64,000 nucleotides of DNA. It comes from a candidate division WWE3 bacterium. GTDB lineage: Bacteria; Patescibacteriota; WWE3; UBA101185; UBA10185. The position numbers and the translations under genes are program-made. Positions 35,242 to 45,493 of this stretch are shown one piece after another; within the stretch, counting starts at the first letter, position 1; each line of letters opens with the position of its first letter. The stretch is from NCBI GenBank assembly GCA_014729135.1, contig WJKK01000001.1, forward strand, positions 128,593-192,592. The letters run 5' to 3'. The notes below the pieces were generated by a model. It saw nothing but the letters and a program-made list of their open reading frames with translations. It had not been told where the DNA came from and ran no database searches.

Positions 35242-36246
35242 TTAATCCGTTATAGAAAGGGAAGGGTTGGGAGAAATTCGCTTAAAATCCTCCAAAGAAA
35301 GGGGAGTGAAATTGTAGAAAGCAGCAGAAGCAACTGTAGAAGCATTATCACCACATAAACGAAGCTCCGGCAAAAACAGAGGAATCTCCAATTCCTTAGC
35401 ACGAAGCTGCAAACGAGAGCGCAGCTGTGTGTTAGCGGAAACGCCTCCCCCTAACAGAATGCTTTGGACTGAAAAATCAGAAGCTGCTTTAATAGTCTTT
35501 TCCACCAAAACATCAACAACTGCCGTCTCAAATTCACAAGCCACTTCTTCAACCGGAAAATCATTTTGCGCCCACAAGCGCTTAACCGCAGTTTTTAAAC
35601 CTGAAAAAGAAAAATCGTAATTGTCCTTGTTAAGCAGAGGGCGCGGGAGACTTCCTGCAACAGAGTTTTGCTTACAGGTAGCCGCTAACTTAGAGAGCTG
35701 AGGGCCTCCCAAGTAACTTGCAATATCTAAAATTCTAGCTGTTTTATCAAAGGCTTCGCCGGCGGCGTCATCTAAAGTACCTCCTAAATATTGCAAATCG
35801 CCATGATCGTGCATTAAAACCAGATCTGTGTGACCTCCACTAACTACTAAAACCAAAGCCGGAAATTTGATGTCAGCAGGATTGTGGCTTATGAAGTTGG
35901 CGTAAAAGTGGGCAATAAGATGGTTGATAGGTACAAGCGGTTTATCTAGAGCAAGAGCTAAAGCTTTGGCAGCTTCGATACCAACAATGAGAGAACCTAT
36001 TAAACCGGGGCCTTGAGTTACGGCGATTGCATCAATTTCTTCTTTTGGAACTTCTTTGAAAACTTGATCTAAAACGGGAATCATGAAGTCGACTTGCTTT
36101 CTGGCTGCTATTTCGGGAACAACTCCTCCTGTTTTTTCATGGAAGTCTTTAGAGGAAGCTACAACAAAGGCTAGTTCAGTGGTTCCGTTTTCTACAACGG
36201 AAGCAGCCGTTTCATCACAAGATGTTTCGATACCTAAGATTTTCAT
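35242..36246 (-). CDS. tsaD: tRNA N6-adenosine threonylcarbamoyltransferase
   Basis: MKILGIETSCDETAASVV N-terminus and Kae1/TsaD family pattern throughout. Confidence 0.9.
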   Translation of the reverse strand: MKILGIETSCDETAASVVENGTTELAFVVASSKDFHEKTGGVVPEIAARKQVDFMIPVLDQVFKEVPKEEIDAIAVTQGPGLIGSLIVGIEAAKALALALDKPLVPINHLIAHFYANFISHNPADIKFPALVLVVSGGHTDLVLMHDHGDLQYLGGTLDDAAGEAFDKTARILDIASYLGGPQLSKLAATCKQNSVAGSLPRPLLNKDNYDFSFSGLKTAVKRLWAQNDFPVEEVACEFETAVVDVLVEKTIKAASDFSVQSILLGGGVSANTQLRSRLQLRAKELEIPLFLPELRLCGDNASTVASAAFYNFTPLSLEDFKRISPNPSLSITD

Positions 36247-36292
36247 GGAGGTATTATACTGGATGACAACTAACGAAAAAGAAAGAAAATAT

Positions 36293-36432
36293 GAGGATGA
36301 TCCTCGGTGAGAGGGGTGATGGTACCTATCCCAAAAGCGGAAAGCTCTTTTCGGAGAAGGATCATCCTTACAGAAATCTTAAAAAAGATTGAGTTGGGAG
36401 GGACTTTGAGAGTTTGCAGAAGGATTATCCTT
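36293..36432. promoter_or_regulatory. second triplet of the 13-bp palindrome AAGGATNATCCTT at 63-64 bp phasing, upstream of tsaD
   Basis: gaggatgatcctc (36293-36305), aaggatcatcctt (36357-36369) and aaggattatcctt (36420-36432). The third copy lies in the 3' end of the exonuclease ORF. Confidence 0.4.
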
Positions 36433-37389
36433 GGAAGCATCGCTAATATAACCATTACTTGCCAAGCGTTTAACCAAAGAATAAAACGAAAAGTGCTCCA
36501 AAACCCCTCTAACCGAACCCTTATCTAAGCCCGAAAAAGCACAATCCTCCAAAGCCACCTCCAGATCCAGATCTGTAACAATTGTAGCCAAATCATAACT
36601 TAAAAAAGCCTCCTCCCGCTGCTGTGAAAGCTTCTTACCAACACTCCCCGAAATTTCATCCAAATTTGCATAAATCTCCTCCAAATGGCCATACGCCTTA
36701 ATCAACTTAGTAGCCGTAACTTTTCCAATGCCCTTAACCCCCGGAATGTTATCGCTGGAATCGCCGGTTAGAGCCTTGTAATCAACAACATACTCAGGAC
36801 CAAAGCCAAAATGAGCCTTAACCGCACGCGTATCAATCCAATCGGCATCCCTCCCACCCTTCTTGGGAGACATGACCAAAATACCATCATCCACCAGCTG
36901 CCATAAATCGCGATCATTAGAGCAAATCACCAACTGACCAATCTCTCCAAACTGAGCAGTTAGCGTTCCAATAACGTCGTCAGCCTCATATCCCGAAGCC
37001 ATCACTTGCTTTATTCCAAAGCCCTCCAAAAGCTCAAACAACAAAGGAATTTGCGCCTTTAACTCCTCATCCATGGGCTTGCGATGCGCTTTATAATCTT
37101 CAAATTGCTTTTTGCGCTCCACTTTTTCTTTGCTTTCCAGGGCAGCTACCGCATAATCCGGCGAAATCAAATCAAAGATGCTTAATAACATGGAGGCTGT
37201 ACCGTAAATGGCGTTAACCTGGCGATCCTTGGAGTCGGTTAAGGTGGGGGGTAAGGCGTAGTAGGCTCTATGGAAGAAGTTGAATGTGTCTATGATGAGA
37301 AATTTTTTCATGATTTTTTGTGGAGTTAGTATAGCAGGAGGAATTTTTAAAAAAGACACTACCACAGCTCCCTTTAGATACAGCAACAT
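36379..37389 (-). CDS. 5'-3' exonuclease (flap endonuclease, Pol I N-terminal-domain-like)
   Basis: FLIIDTFNFFHRAYYALPP (5'-3' exo N-domain), an acidic metal-binding cluster, and a C-terminal H3TH-like region. Confidence 0.85.
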   Translation of the reverse strand: MLLYLKGAVVVSFLKIPPAILTPQKIMKKFLIIDTFNFFHRAYYALPPTLTDSKDRQVNAIYGTASMLLSIFDLISPDYAVAALESKEKVERKKQFEDYKAHRKPMDEELKAQIPLLFELLEGFGIKQVMASGYEADDVIGTLTAQFGEIGQLVICSNDRDLWQLVDDGILVMSPKKGGRDADWIDTRAVKAHFGFGPEYVVDYKALTGDSSDNIPGVKGIGKVTATKLIKAYGHLEEIYANLDEISGSVGKKLSQQREEAFLSYDLATIVTDLDLEVALEDCAFSGLDKGSVRGVLEHFSFYSLVKRLASNGYISDASKDNPSANSQSPSQLNLF

Positions 37390-37413
37390 TTATTTAAAAT
37401 CTGCCTGCAAAAA

Positions 37414-37569
37414 TTAGCGTGTGCGGGAAGTGGTTACGCCCAAAGCATCCGGGGCAGCAACATCCAGTAAAGAACCTCTACTCTGCTTAGAAACCGCAAC
37501 TAACAAAAAAGCGGAAAATCCCATTAAACAAAGTAAACCTACTATAACTATGCGATCAAGTTGTTTCAT
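37414..37569 (-). CDS. possible small membrane peptide (51 aa), not in supplied ORF track
   Basis: Hand-translated MKQLDRIVIVGLLCLMGFSAFLLVAVSKQSRGSLLDVAAPDALGVTTSRTR. One TM helix. It occupies the otherwise empty 240-bp gap between two minus-strand genes. Confidence 0.2.
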   Translation of the reverse strand: MKQLDRIVIVGLLCLMGFSAFLLVAVSKQSRGSLLDVAAPDALGVTTSRTR

Positions 37570-37628
37570 TTTTATAAAACCTTTCTTAATTTAGTAATTT
37601 TTTACGGCCTAAAAGACTAAAGAAAAAC

Positions 37629-38966
37629 CTACTGCGCAATACTAGCTTTAGCAGAAGTCAAAGCAGTTTCCACATCAGTTCCTTCCAAAACAGCATTCAC
37701 CGCCGTCTGCAAAGCATCCACCTGGCGACGATTCCCGGAACGAGCTGCAATCTCAGCCTCTGTAGCATGCGGAGCATCCAGTGTATACGGACGCAAATAA
37801 TCATTTAACGCTAGCTCATCCGCAAGATCGGTACGCGCATAAGCAGACCCAAAAGGACGATAATTTGACGACTGACTGTAATAAGAAAGCTGCTGATCCC
37901 GCTGCGCCAAAAAGTTCAAAAACTCCCAGGCCGCTTTTGGATTAGCGCTATCCGCCGAAACACCCTCCATCCAAAAACTACCCCAGGTAACGGGATTCTC
38001 AGAATCAACTTGCGGAACAGGAGCCACTCCAATGTTCATGCCCGGCGACATCTCCAAAATATCCAGAATTCGCCATGAAGGAACAAAAATCATGGAAACC
38101 TCTCCATTAGCAAAAGCTGTAGTAGCCTCCGGGAAAGAAGCATTCCAAACGCGGTCCTCCTTTACAAAGTTAGTGTAAAAAGTCAGAGCATCCTGAGCAC
38201 GCGCGCTGTCGATTTCAGCCGGAATACCAACCTCTGCCTGCGACCACATCAGCCCCAAAATATCCGCAAAGTGCTCAATGTTATCCGCTGTTCCCATAGC
38301 AGCTCCGGCACGAATCAGCTCATCCTCAGAATAAAGCGACAACTCTAAAGCCAGCCGACGAAACTCTTCCCAGGCAGTAGGAGGCGCTTGCTGACCTACC
38401 TCTGCAAAGTGATTTCGATTGTAAACCAAAGCCAAGCCATCGTAATACAGAGGCAAGGCGTAAATCTTTCCATCATGAACTGCACTTTCTGCAGCCACAG
38501 GATAAAAAGTGGCATTATAAGTTTCAGTATCCATTAAAGACCCCGGCATAGGCGCCAAAACCGAAGTCAAACGATAAACCCAACTATTATGAACCCGCAC
38601 AATATCCGGCCCGCCTCCCTCAGACAACCGATTAAAAACCCGCTCCTTATAGTTAACCAAAGGCTTCACAACAGAGCGATCCTCATAATTAATAGTTACA
38701 TTTGGGTGCGCCTCCTGATACTGAGCTATCAAATCGCGCATCACCTCCGGATTTTCCCAAAGCCCCCACATAGTCAAGGTTACAGGCTCATTTGACGTTC
38801 CTCCTCCACCAATTAGCGGAAGATTTCCAAGCGCCTCGCCAATTACGGGAAGGTCTTGAACAGTACAGGCCGTTAGTAGGAGGGATAAGGACGAAAGCAA
38901 TACTAGTGTGAAAATTTTTGAAATAGGCAGTTTAGACTTCATCAAGGAAATTGTACTGTAAAGCAA
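37629..38966 (-). CDS. ABC-transporter-type extracellular solute-binding lipoprotein (family 1, sugar-binding-like)
   Basis: Lipobox LLLTAC. Mature protein pattern typical of SBP_bac_1. No permease or ATPase genes are adjacent. Confidence 0.7.
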   Translation of the reverse strand: MLYSTISLMKSKLPISKIFTLVLLSSLSLLLTACTVQDLPVIGEALGNLPLIGGGGTSNEPVTLTMWGLWENPEVMRDLIAQYQEAHPNVTINYEDRSVVKPLVNYKERVFNRLSEGGGPDIVRVHNSWVYRLTSVLAPMPGSLMDTETYNATFYPVAAESAVHDGKIYALPLYYDGLALVYNRNHFAEVGQQAPPTAWEEFRRLALELSLYSEDELIRAGAAMGTADNIEHFADILGLMWSQAEVGIPAEIDSARAQDALTFYTNFVKEDRVWNASFPEATTAFANGEVSMIFVPSWRILDILEMSPGMNIGVAPVPQVDSENPVTWGSFWMEGVSADSANPKAAWEFLNFLAQRDQQLSYYSQSSNYRPFGSAYARTDLADELALNDYLRPYTLDAPHATEAEIAARSGNRRQVDALQTAVNAVLEGTDVETALTSAKASIAQ

Positions 38967-40338
38967 TTCCTATCGTCAACCAGAAGAGAAGTTGCATTTG
39001 ATGGGCGGTTAGCAGGTAGTGGTCAAAGCCTCCTAGGAGGAGCAGGTGGAGGATTAGTGTAATTAGAAGTGGCTTGCTTTGGCGGTTGTTTTGGCGAATT
39101 TGGAAGGATTTTTTAGGAAAATTGTTTAGGAGATTTTTTATAAGGCTAGCTAAAAAGAGGATGAAAAAGGTTAGGGAAAAGATTCCGCTTTCAACAAGAA
39201 GTAGCATGTAAATGTTATGGATGGGTTGTGTAAATTTGGCAAATCCATTGTAAATGCTTAGCTGATCCACAAAATAAGTGAAGTTGTTATAGCCAATTCC
39301 AAATAGGGGGCGCTGCTTAATTAGTTGAAAACCTATTGTTAAAAGATTGCTACGACGCTGGAGTGAGGAGGTGTTTAACAGCGGAAGGTGTGTGCTAAAT
39401 GGGAGTATAAACGTTAAGAGCAGGAGTAGTGCAAGGACCAAATAAATCAGCCGATTGCCAAGGGAGGGGGTTTTTTGCAAGAGAGTTAAAACAACTAGAG
39501 ACAGAAGGAACGCTGCCATTACAAACCACGAAAAAGTTAAAAAGAGTGTAATTGTTCCCAAGAGAAAAGTTAAAGCGTAAAGGGGACCTGCCTTTCTTTG
39601 TAAAAAGCTATTGAAAACAATTAAAAGACCAAAACTTAAAAACCCTGCAAAAACGTTGGGATGCCTAAATGTGCCATAAGGTGGGATTTTTGTAACCCCA
39701 AAGAAGTTTTCTTTAACTATGCCCGGTGTGGAAAATGTATAAGGCTGCTCCCCCAGGATAAGATAGTTGTCAAAAATACTCCCTTGATGCAGCCATTGCA
39801 AAATCCCTAAAACACTTAGTGCAAGAATTAAAAAAGCAAACCAAGTATGATACTGGCTTAAAAATCCGGAAACCTTGGAGATAAGGGATTTGGGGAGTTT
39901 TTGTGAAGTATGATACTTGAAATTTCTAAAAGGAATATATAGGACAAATCCTGCATATAAAAACAATCGTAGATATGCATAAAAAGAGGGAGCAAACTCA
40001 AAGGAGCTAACAACTGAAAGAAAAACGCTCCAGAGAAAAAGAGTTAGAAAAATTAAGGACCAAGACCTCTTTCCTTTCATCAGCAAAAAACCTTTCCAAA
40101 AAACAACAAGTTTTGGAAGTGCAACTAAGAGCAGCAAAAAAACTAAAATGTCATGAACATAAAGCGTGGGAATTAAGTAGTCAATTAATTTGCCATTAAC
40201 ATAAGCAAAGGGGAAAATGAAATGCTTCCCTAAATTTAAAGGCAAACTCAATAAAACAAGTGCAAATAAAAATCTCTCAAGTGAAAAACCGCGAAGGACT
40301 CTTAAAAAATAGTCAAAAAAACGTCTTAAAAACCTCAT
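38932..40338 (-). CDS. O-antigen ligase (Wzy_C) family polytopic membrane protein
   Basis: 468 aa with at least 10 TM helices. A periplasmic loop contains the GIGYNNF motif. Confidence 0.55.
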   Translation of the reverse strand: MRFLRRFFDYFLRVLRGFSLERFLFALVLLSLPLNLGKHFIFPFAYVNGKLIDYLIPTLYVHDILVFLLLLVALPKLVVFWKGFLLMKGKRSWSLIFLTLFLWSVFLSVVSSFEFAPSFYAYLRLFLYAGFVLYIPFRNFKYHTSQKLPKSLISKVSGFLSQYHTWFAFLILALSVLGILQWLHQGSIFDNYLILGEQPYTFSTPGIVKENFFGVTKIPPYGTFRHPNVFAGFLSFGLLIVFNSFLQRKAGPLYALTFLLGTITLFLTFSWFVMAAFLLSLVVLTLLQKTPSLGNRLIYLVLALLLLLTFILPFSTHLPLLNTSSLQRRSNLLTIGFQLIKQRPLFGIGYNNFTYFVDQLSIYNGFAKFTQPIHNIYMLLLVESGIFSLTFFILFLASLIKNLLNNFPKKSFQIRQNNRQSKPLLITLILHLLLLGGFDHYLLTAHQMQLLFWLTIGIALQYNFLDEV

Positions 40339-41159
40339 CTGGCCAGCTCTTTCGATCGAGCATGGGCAGAAACAATTACAGAATCATCCAACTTTGCAAG
40401 CTCCTCTATTCCCAAAGCTTTTGCAATTAAAAAATCAGCTAAATGCGGGTTTCGAGCTAAAACAGGACCATGAAAGTAAGTCCCTAAAGTGTTTTTATAC
40501 AAAACACCCTCAGTTGTGTCCCGCGAGTTATTTCCAAAAGCCTTCGTTGTTGTTGCCAAAGGAGTAAGATCCCCCGAAAGATAAGTTCTACCTCCATGGT
40601 TTTCAAAGCCTACAATTTCATCTCCAATAGTATTGTTTTTTTGAAAGTAAATATCCGATAAAATGTCCTCATGCAAAGTAGCTACAGCATTTCCTATACT
40701 GCGAGGACCTTCCCGGGCTTCCGTGTAAAAATCCAGAAAACCAAGCCCTTCCAAAATAGAACCATCAGCTGATTTATAATAATTGCCTAAAAGTTGGTAA
40801 GAACCACAAATAAAAAGACCAACTCCGTTAGCTTCCAGAAAATCGACTAAAAAACTGCCTTTCTTGTCTAAAAAATCCTTGTAAATTTTTTGCTGAGATA
40901 AATCGGGGCCACCTCCCATAAAGACGAGATTCAATTTGTTCATGAGGGAAGCGTCTAAAGTGGTTTCAAGAGAGATTTCAAAAACTTCAACTTCAATATC
41001 ACAGCGCAGGGCACGCTCTTTTAAAATTTCAACATTGCCTCGATCGCCGTATAAATTTAAAAAGTGCGGATAAAACCAACCAATGTTTAACTTTTTTGAG
41101 GATTTTTGAGAACCCTTTGTAGGAACTGCCACTTTTTCAGATTTATTAAGATTGGTCAT
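40335..41159 (-). CDS. gatD: lipid II isoglutaminyl synthase glutaminase subunit (GatD, CobB/CobQ-like GATase)
   Basis: GATase type-1 pattern with catalytic Cys region GVGLFICGSYQLLG and His region YFHGPVLARNPH. It is translationally coupled to the MurT-like gene. Confidence 0.7.
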   Translation of the reverse strand: MTNLNKSEKVAVPTKGSQKSSKKLNIGWFYPHFLNLYGDRGNVEILKERALRCDIEVEVFEISLETTLDASLMNKLNLVFMGGGPDLSQQKIYKDFLDKKGSFLVDFLEANGVGLFICGSYQLLGNYYKSADGSILEGLGFLDFYTEAREGPRSIGNAVATLHEDILSDIYFQKNNTIGDEIVGFENHGGRTYLSGDLTPLATTTKAFGNNSRDTTEGVLYKNTLGTYFHGPVLARNPHLADFLIAKALGIEELAKLDDSVIVSAHARSKELAR

Positions 41160-42454
41160 AAAATATTTTGCCCTGTAACTAACTGTCTAAACTCTAACAT
41201 TGCTGAATAATTAGGTAAGACAACAATCTTTTTACCCTCTAAACCGGCGACATCAGCAGAGGAAAGACCAAGTTCTGAGGCATCTCCAATAAATACACCT
41301 GCAAAATCAGAAACTCCGGCATAATCCAGGCGAATCTGCATATCTAAAGCACGAGAACCTCCTACGTAAACCAAAGCCTCTTTACAAACTTTTGCCAAAG
41401 GGGTGGGATCAATGTCATAAATCCAGGAAACATCGCGCCCATCAGGAATACGATCATTTAACAAAAATAAAATGGTATCAAAATCAATTTCACCCGATAG
41501 CAGCATTTCTAAGTTATTGTTAAAACTGGCAGGATTTTTTGCTAAAAACACATAAAATTCTTTTTCTAAATAGGCAATTTTTTCACCACGGCCAAAAGCT
41601 GCTTGAAAAGTTTTAAGAGCTTTTTCAATAACAACATCCTTCAAACCTAAAGCTTTCGCTACAGTAACCGCAGCATTTACATTGCGAGTATTAAAGCCTC
41701 CAACCAAAGGCGTAAGCTTTGCAAAAGAATCATCCAAGTCAAAATCTAAAACTTGCCCTCCCTGGGCAATCCAAAAAGAGCGCAATCTATCAAAAGGGGA
41801 GTAATCCTTGGGCAAAACCATGGCAGGAACTTGAGCTTTTTTCATAGAACCACTCGACCTACAAGAAACAGCAACATTCTTTAAAGCCCCCTCCCAACGA
41901 GACAAAATTGTATCCACTTCGCCATAACGATCCAGCTGATCGCGCGACAAATTAGTCAGCACCACAAAATCCGTATGCAAACGCTGCAAAACCAAGGGCA
42001 AATTAAACTCATCAACTTCCAGTACAAAAAAATCCGAAGTAAAACGACCCAAAAAATCAGTGTCCGTTAAAAGGCTAGTTAAAATTCCATTTAGCAAATT
42101 GGCACCGGAAGCATTATGCGTAACTTTAAAACCGGCCTCCCGAAGTAGATGGGTGAGGAGGGTGGCGGTAGTAGTTTTGCCATTAGTGCCACTTACTAAA
42201 ATAACTTTGCCTAAATTTTGGGAAATCTCTGAACCCTTTAAATCTTGAGAATCTTTCGAATTCTTTAAAACATGCTCCCTCCCCGAAACCTCCAAAATCC
42301 TCTCATCCACCAAATCCCAAATCCTAGGAAAAAATTTCTGAACCAAATGCCCCGGATAAACATATCCATTACCTGCATTTAAAAGAGGAATAATTTTTGA
42401 AACTATTTTTGTAAACCAACTTGCCATCAAAATCATGTCCACATTATATGTCAT
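41156..42454 (-). CDS. murT: lipid II isoglutaminyl synthase ligase subunit MurT (Mur ligase family)
   Basis: P-loop VILVSGTNGKTTTATLL, Mur ligase central domain and C-terminal DUF1727-like region. Confidence 0.8.
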   Translation of the reverse strand: MTYNVDMILMASWFTKIVSKIIPLLNAGNGYVYPGHLVQKFFPRIWDLVDERILEVSGREHVLKNSKDSQDLKGSEISQNLGKVILVSGTNGKTTTATLLTHLLREAGFKVTHNASGANLLNGILTSLLTDTDFLGRFTSDFFVLEVDEFNLPLVLQRLHTDFVVLTNLSRDQLDRYGEVDTILSRWEGALKNVAVSCRSSGSMKKAQVPAMVLPKDYSPFDRLRSFWIAQGGQVLDFDLDDSFAKLTPLVGGFNTRNVNAAVTVAKALGLKDVVIEKALKTFQAAFGRGEKIAYLEKEFYVFLAKNPASFNNNLEMLLSGEIDFDTILFLLNDRIPDGRDVSWIYDIDPTPLAKVCKEALVYVGGSRALDMQIRLDYAGVSDFAGVFIGDASELGLSSADVAGLEGKKIVVLPNYSAMLEFRQLVTGQNIL

Positions 42455-42788
42455 TCTTATTTATATATATAAAACGTAGTAGTAGTAATAGTATTGTGGA
42501 TATGTTGATGGGCTTTTTTATGGCTTTTGTGGTGGTGTTTTTGGAGGGGTGTCTGTGTGGATAAGCTGTTTTTGGCTTTACTGTAGTGTTTGAAGGCTTT
42601 TTTGTTTGTATTTTTGCTTTTGTTTGGCGTTTTTTAAGTGTTGAAAAGTTGCAAAAATTTGTGGGTTTTGTTGTGGATAATTTTGCAGACTTATCCACAG
42701 AACTTTTAGGGTAGTGTTTTTTATCCACGCTTATCCACAAGTTTTCCACAACCTATCCCCAAAGTTTCAGCGCGCCCCCTTCCCTTAA
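42455..42788. promoter_or_regulatory. oriC-type DnaA-box cluster downstream of dnaA
   Basis: TTATCCACA-type 9-mers at 42556-42564 (reverse-complement orientation), 42672-42680 (reverse-complement orientation), 42691-42699, 42721-42729 (TTATCCACG) and 42731-42739. AT-rich stretch 42600-42670. Confidence 0.6.
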
Positions 42789-44378
42789 CTACATAGTAAA
42801 AATCAAATTTCGAATATTCTCCACATCCTGACGCGTACGCGGCTCCTTCTGAATCATCCCCGCAATCTTATCCGTACCATGCATAACCGTAGTATGATCC
42901 CGCCCCCCAAGAAGTTCTCCAATAACCTCCAAAGGACTCTCCGTCATATTCCTAAGCAAATACATCGCAATTTGACGCGGAACCACGATCTGCTTAGTTC
43001 GTCGCCTCCCCTTAATATCAGATTTATTCACCTGAAAATACTTACAAACTGCATTCATAATCGTATTTGGATTAGCTGTAGTCCTCCTGGAAGGTACCAC
43101 CTGCCCCAACTCCTCCGCCGCCATCTCTATTGTTGCCGGAACCTTCTGCACCTTCACTTTAGCTACAATTTGAATGTAGGCCCCTTTAAGCTCGCGAATG
43201 TTTGTGTCCACTTTTTCGGCAATAAAGTCGATAACGTCGTTACCTAAGGGATCCTTTCGCTGATCCCGCAAAGTTCGCAAAATGGCCATTCGCAACTCTA
43301 CATCTGCATGGGCAATGTCCGCCGTAATTCCACTTCCAAACCGTGACGTCAGCCTTTCCTCTAAACTTACAAAATCCTTAGGAGGTCGATCCGAAGTTAA
43401 CACAATCTGTTTTTTCTTGTCATAAAGCGTGTTAAACGTATGGAAAAATTCCCTCTGAGTTGCATCCTTGCCAATAATAAACTGAATGTCGTCAATTATT
43501 AGAAGGTCGGTTTTTCGGTACTTTTTTCTAAAAGCTTCTGTTCTGGCTCTCTTGCTAGCTTTTCCTTTTTGAATGACTTCTATTAATTCGTTCCCAAATT
43601 CTTCGCCGGTGGTGTAAATAACTTCCATGTCGGGTTTGGTTCTTAAGATGTAGTTGCCAATTGCTTGTACCAAGTGGGTTTTGCCTAATCCTACTCCGGA
43701 GTATAAAAATAAAGGGTTGTAATCTTTTCCGGGTTCTTTGGCTACGGTTAAGGCAATTGAGTAGGCTAAGTCGTTGCTGTCGCCTCTTATGTAGTTTTCA
43801 AATGTGTATTCCGGCACAAGCCCTGCCTTTCTTTGTGCGCTTTCTATTTTTTCTGCTACTTCAAATAGAGGGGCTTCTGAAGGTTTGTTTTTTGCACCTG
43901 CTTTTTTAGCGTTTGTAGCTTTTTTACCGGAGGCTGTTTCTGTGCTTGTTCCGGCAGGTACAACGTCCTGAATCTTTTTTTGCTCCAGTTTTGGATCTAT
44001 TATGAAGCTTAGTTTGGATTTTTTTTCGGTAATTTCTTCCAGGCTTTCTTTTATTAGGGTTTCAAATTTTTTTAAAGTTGCTTGTGCGGCTGCATTGGGA
44101 GTTGCTATGGTTATGGTGTCTTTTTTAATTTCGGCAATTTCGCATTTTACAAACCACATTTTGTAGGTGTATTCGGAGAGGTTTAATTGAAGTTTTCCCA
44201 GGACTCCTCTCCAAATGGAGTCTTTGTCGGTTTTTGCGTATGTTTTTTTGTCTTTTTCGGGGTTTTTGGAGGCGCTTTTTTCACTTTTTGGAGTTGTTGA
44301 GTTAGCCTTTTGCACCACTTCCTTTGGAGTAGTTTTTGCGGCTTTTTTTGTTACTGTTATTTCCTGTTGTACGGGCAT
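42789..44378 (-). CDS. dnaA: chromosomal replication initiator protein DnaA
   Basis: AAA+ motifs LFLYSGVGLGKTHLVQAIGN, LLIIDDIQFI, and a C-terminal DnaA box-binding domain. Confidence 0.9.
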   Translation of the reverse strand: MPVQQEITVTKKAAKTTPKEVVQKANSTTPKSEKSASKNPEKDKKTYAKTDKDSIWRGVLGKLQLNLSEYTYKMWFVKCEIAEIKKDTITIATPNAAAQATLKKFETLIKESLEEITEKKSKLSFIIDPKLEQKKIQDVVPAGTSTETASGKKATNAKKAGAKNKPSEAPLFEVAEKIESAQRKAGLVPEYTFENYIRGDSNDLAYSIALTVAKEPGKDYNPLFLYSGVGLGKTHLVQAIGNYILRTKPDMEVIYTTGEEFGNELIEVIQKGKASKRARTEAFRKKYRKTDLLIIDDIQFIIGKDATQREFFHTFNTLYDKKKQIVLTSDRPPKDFVSLEERLTSRFGSGITADIAHADVELRMAILRTLRDQRKDPLGNDVIDFIAEKVDTNIRELKGAYIQIVAKVKVQKVPATIEMAAEELGQVVPSRRTTANPNTIMNAVCKYFQVNKSDIKGRRRTKQIVVPRQIAMYLLRNMTESPLEVIGELLGGRDHTTVMHGTDKIAGMIQKEPRTRQDVENIRNLIFTM

Positions 44379-44660
44379 TTTATGTGTTTTTAGTTGGAGG
44401 GGCAGTGTAAAACTTGGCTTGTTGTGTGTATAACTTTAGAGAACTTATCCACATTTATAAAGCAATTCTAATTGATTCTTCTCTTGAAGGTGTGATGAGG
44501 TTCTTTAGAAGATGTGAATTTGAGTTAATTTAGTGATGTGCCTTAATGTCTTTGAAACGAAGTCCTCCTGAATTCAAATCTGTCATCCTGATGAAAATCA
44601 GGATCCTGTTGGTATGATCAGTTCCTTTGTTGACTTACTAACTCACATCCGTTATCATTT
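44379..44660. promoter_or_regulatory. dnaA/rpmH divergent intergenic region with DnaA box and ATCCTGA-family hairpin
   Basis: TTATCCACA at 44445-44453. Hairpin ATCCTGA-TGAAAA-TCAGGAT at 44584-44603. Confidence 0.4.
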
Positions 44661-44667
44661 CAACGCT

Positions 44668-44841
44668 ATGCCAAAGAGAACATATCAACCAAAAAAGAAA
44701 AAAGGACTTCGCAAATCCGGGTGGAGAAAGCTTATGCTAACAAAAAACGGAAGAAAGCGAATTGCCCGTCGTCGCAGGAAAGGTCGTAAAAGACTGGCAG
44801 GTAGGCTGTACAAAGGAAAGCAGAAGCGCAACATCAAATAA
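44668..44841 (+). CDS. rpmH: 50S ribosomal protein L34
   Basis: [43 protein letters not shown]. The start is at an internal Met of track ORF 44614..44841. Confidence 0.8.
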   Translation: MPKRTYQPKKKKGLRKSGWRKLMLTKNGRKRIARRRRKGRKRLAGRLYKGKQKRNIK

Positions 44842-44896
44842 CACCTCCGCAGAGATTGCGTTGTTTTTATAAAGAAGCTTCAAAATAAAGCACCAA

Positions 44897-45265
44897 ATGC
44901 TAAAAAAACAAAACAGACTTCTGACCAACTTCGAATTTCGCATCACCCACCGTTATGGCAAGAAAACCTCCGGGAAATACTTCTACCTTTACTACTTAGA
45001 CCGCTCCAAACGCAACCTTTCCGAAGCAAAAAAACCAACAAGAATTGGCTTTCTAACCTCCAAAAAACTGGCAAAAAACGCCGTTACCAGAAACCGCATA
45101 AAAAGAGTCTTTAGAGAAGTGGTTCGCTTAAATCTTGATAAAATTAAACCCGGATTTTGGATAGCCCTGCACCCTAAAAAACAAAGTTTAACCGCCTCCT
45201 ATGAAGAAATTAACACTGACTTTATTAAAACTCTACAGAAAGTTTCTTTCGCCAAAGAACTTTAA
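44897..45265 (+). CDS. rnpA: ribonuclease P protein component
   Basis: 122 aa, basic. RnpA pattern ([11 protein letters not shown]...[20 protein letters not shown]) and the conserved position after rpmH. Confidence 0.8.
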   Translation: MLKKQNRLLTNFEFRITHRYGKKTSGKYFYLYYLDRSKRNLSEAKKPTRIGFLTSKKLAKNAVTRNRIKRVFREVVRLNLDKIKPGFWIALHPKKQSLTASYEEINTDFIKTLQKVSFAKEL

Positions 45266-45416
45266 CCTTTCTACCTGCAGATTTACGCCCAGTTGCTCCA
45301 AATATACAAGGCAAGCAGTGCAAAAGTACGGTGTTGTTAAAGGTTTAGCTTTAGGTTTGTGGAGGGTTTTGCGATGTAATCCCCTTTCAAAAGGGGGGTA
45401 TGATCCTGTAGAATAG
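45201..45416 (+). CDS. yidD: membrane protein insertion efficiency factor YidD
   Basis: [14 protein letters not shown]...[14 protein letters not shown] signature. Overlaps the rnpA 3' end in another frame. Confidence 0.75.
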   Translation: MKKLTLTLLKLYRKFLSPKNFNLSTCRFTPSCSKYTRQAVQKYGVVKGLALGLWRVLRCNPLSKGGYDPVE

Positions 45417-45493
45417 TCAAGCAAATAAAAGCCGAAACTTTTTAGGCTTCCGTGAAGTAAACCTGAAGATAATCGGTTTAATAAAGTAAAAAT

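Noticed and set aside
42444-42749. Track ORF 42444..42749(-) 101 aa
   Set aside because: It lies entirely within the DnaA-box and AT-rich oriC region. The sequence is low-complexity and basic. It is unlikely to be coding.
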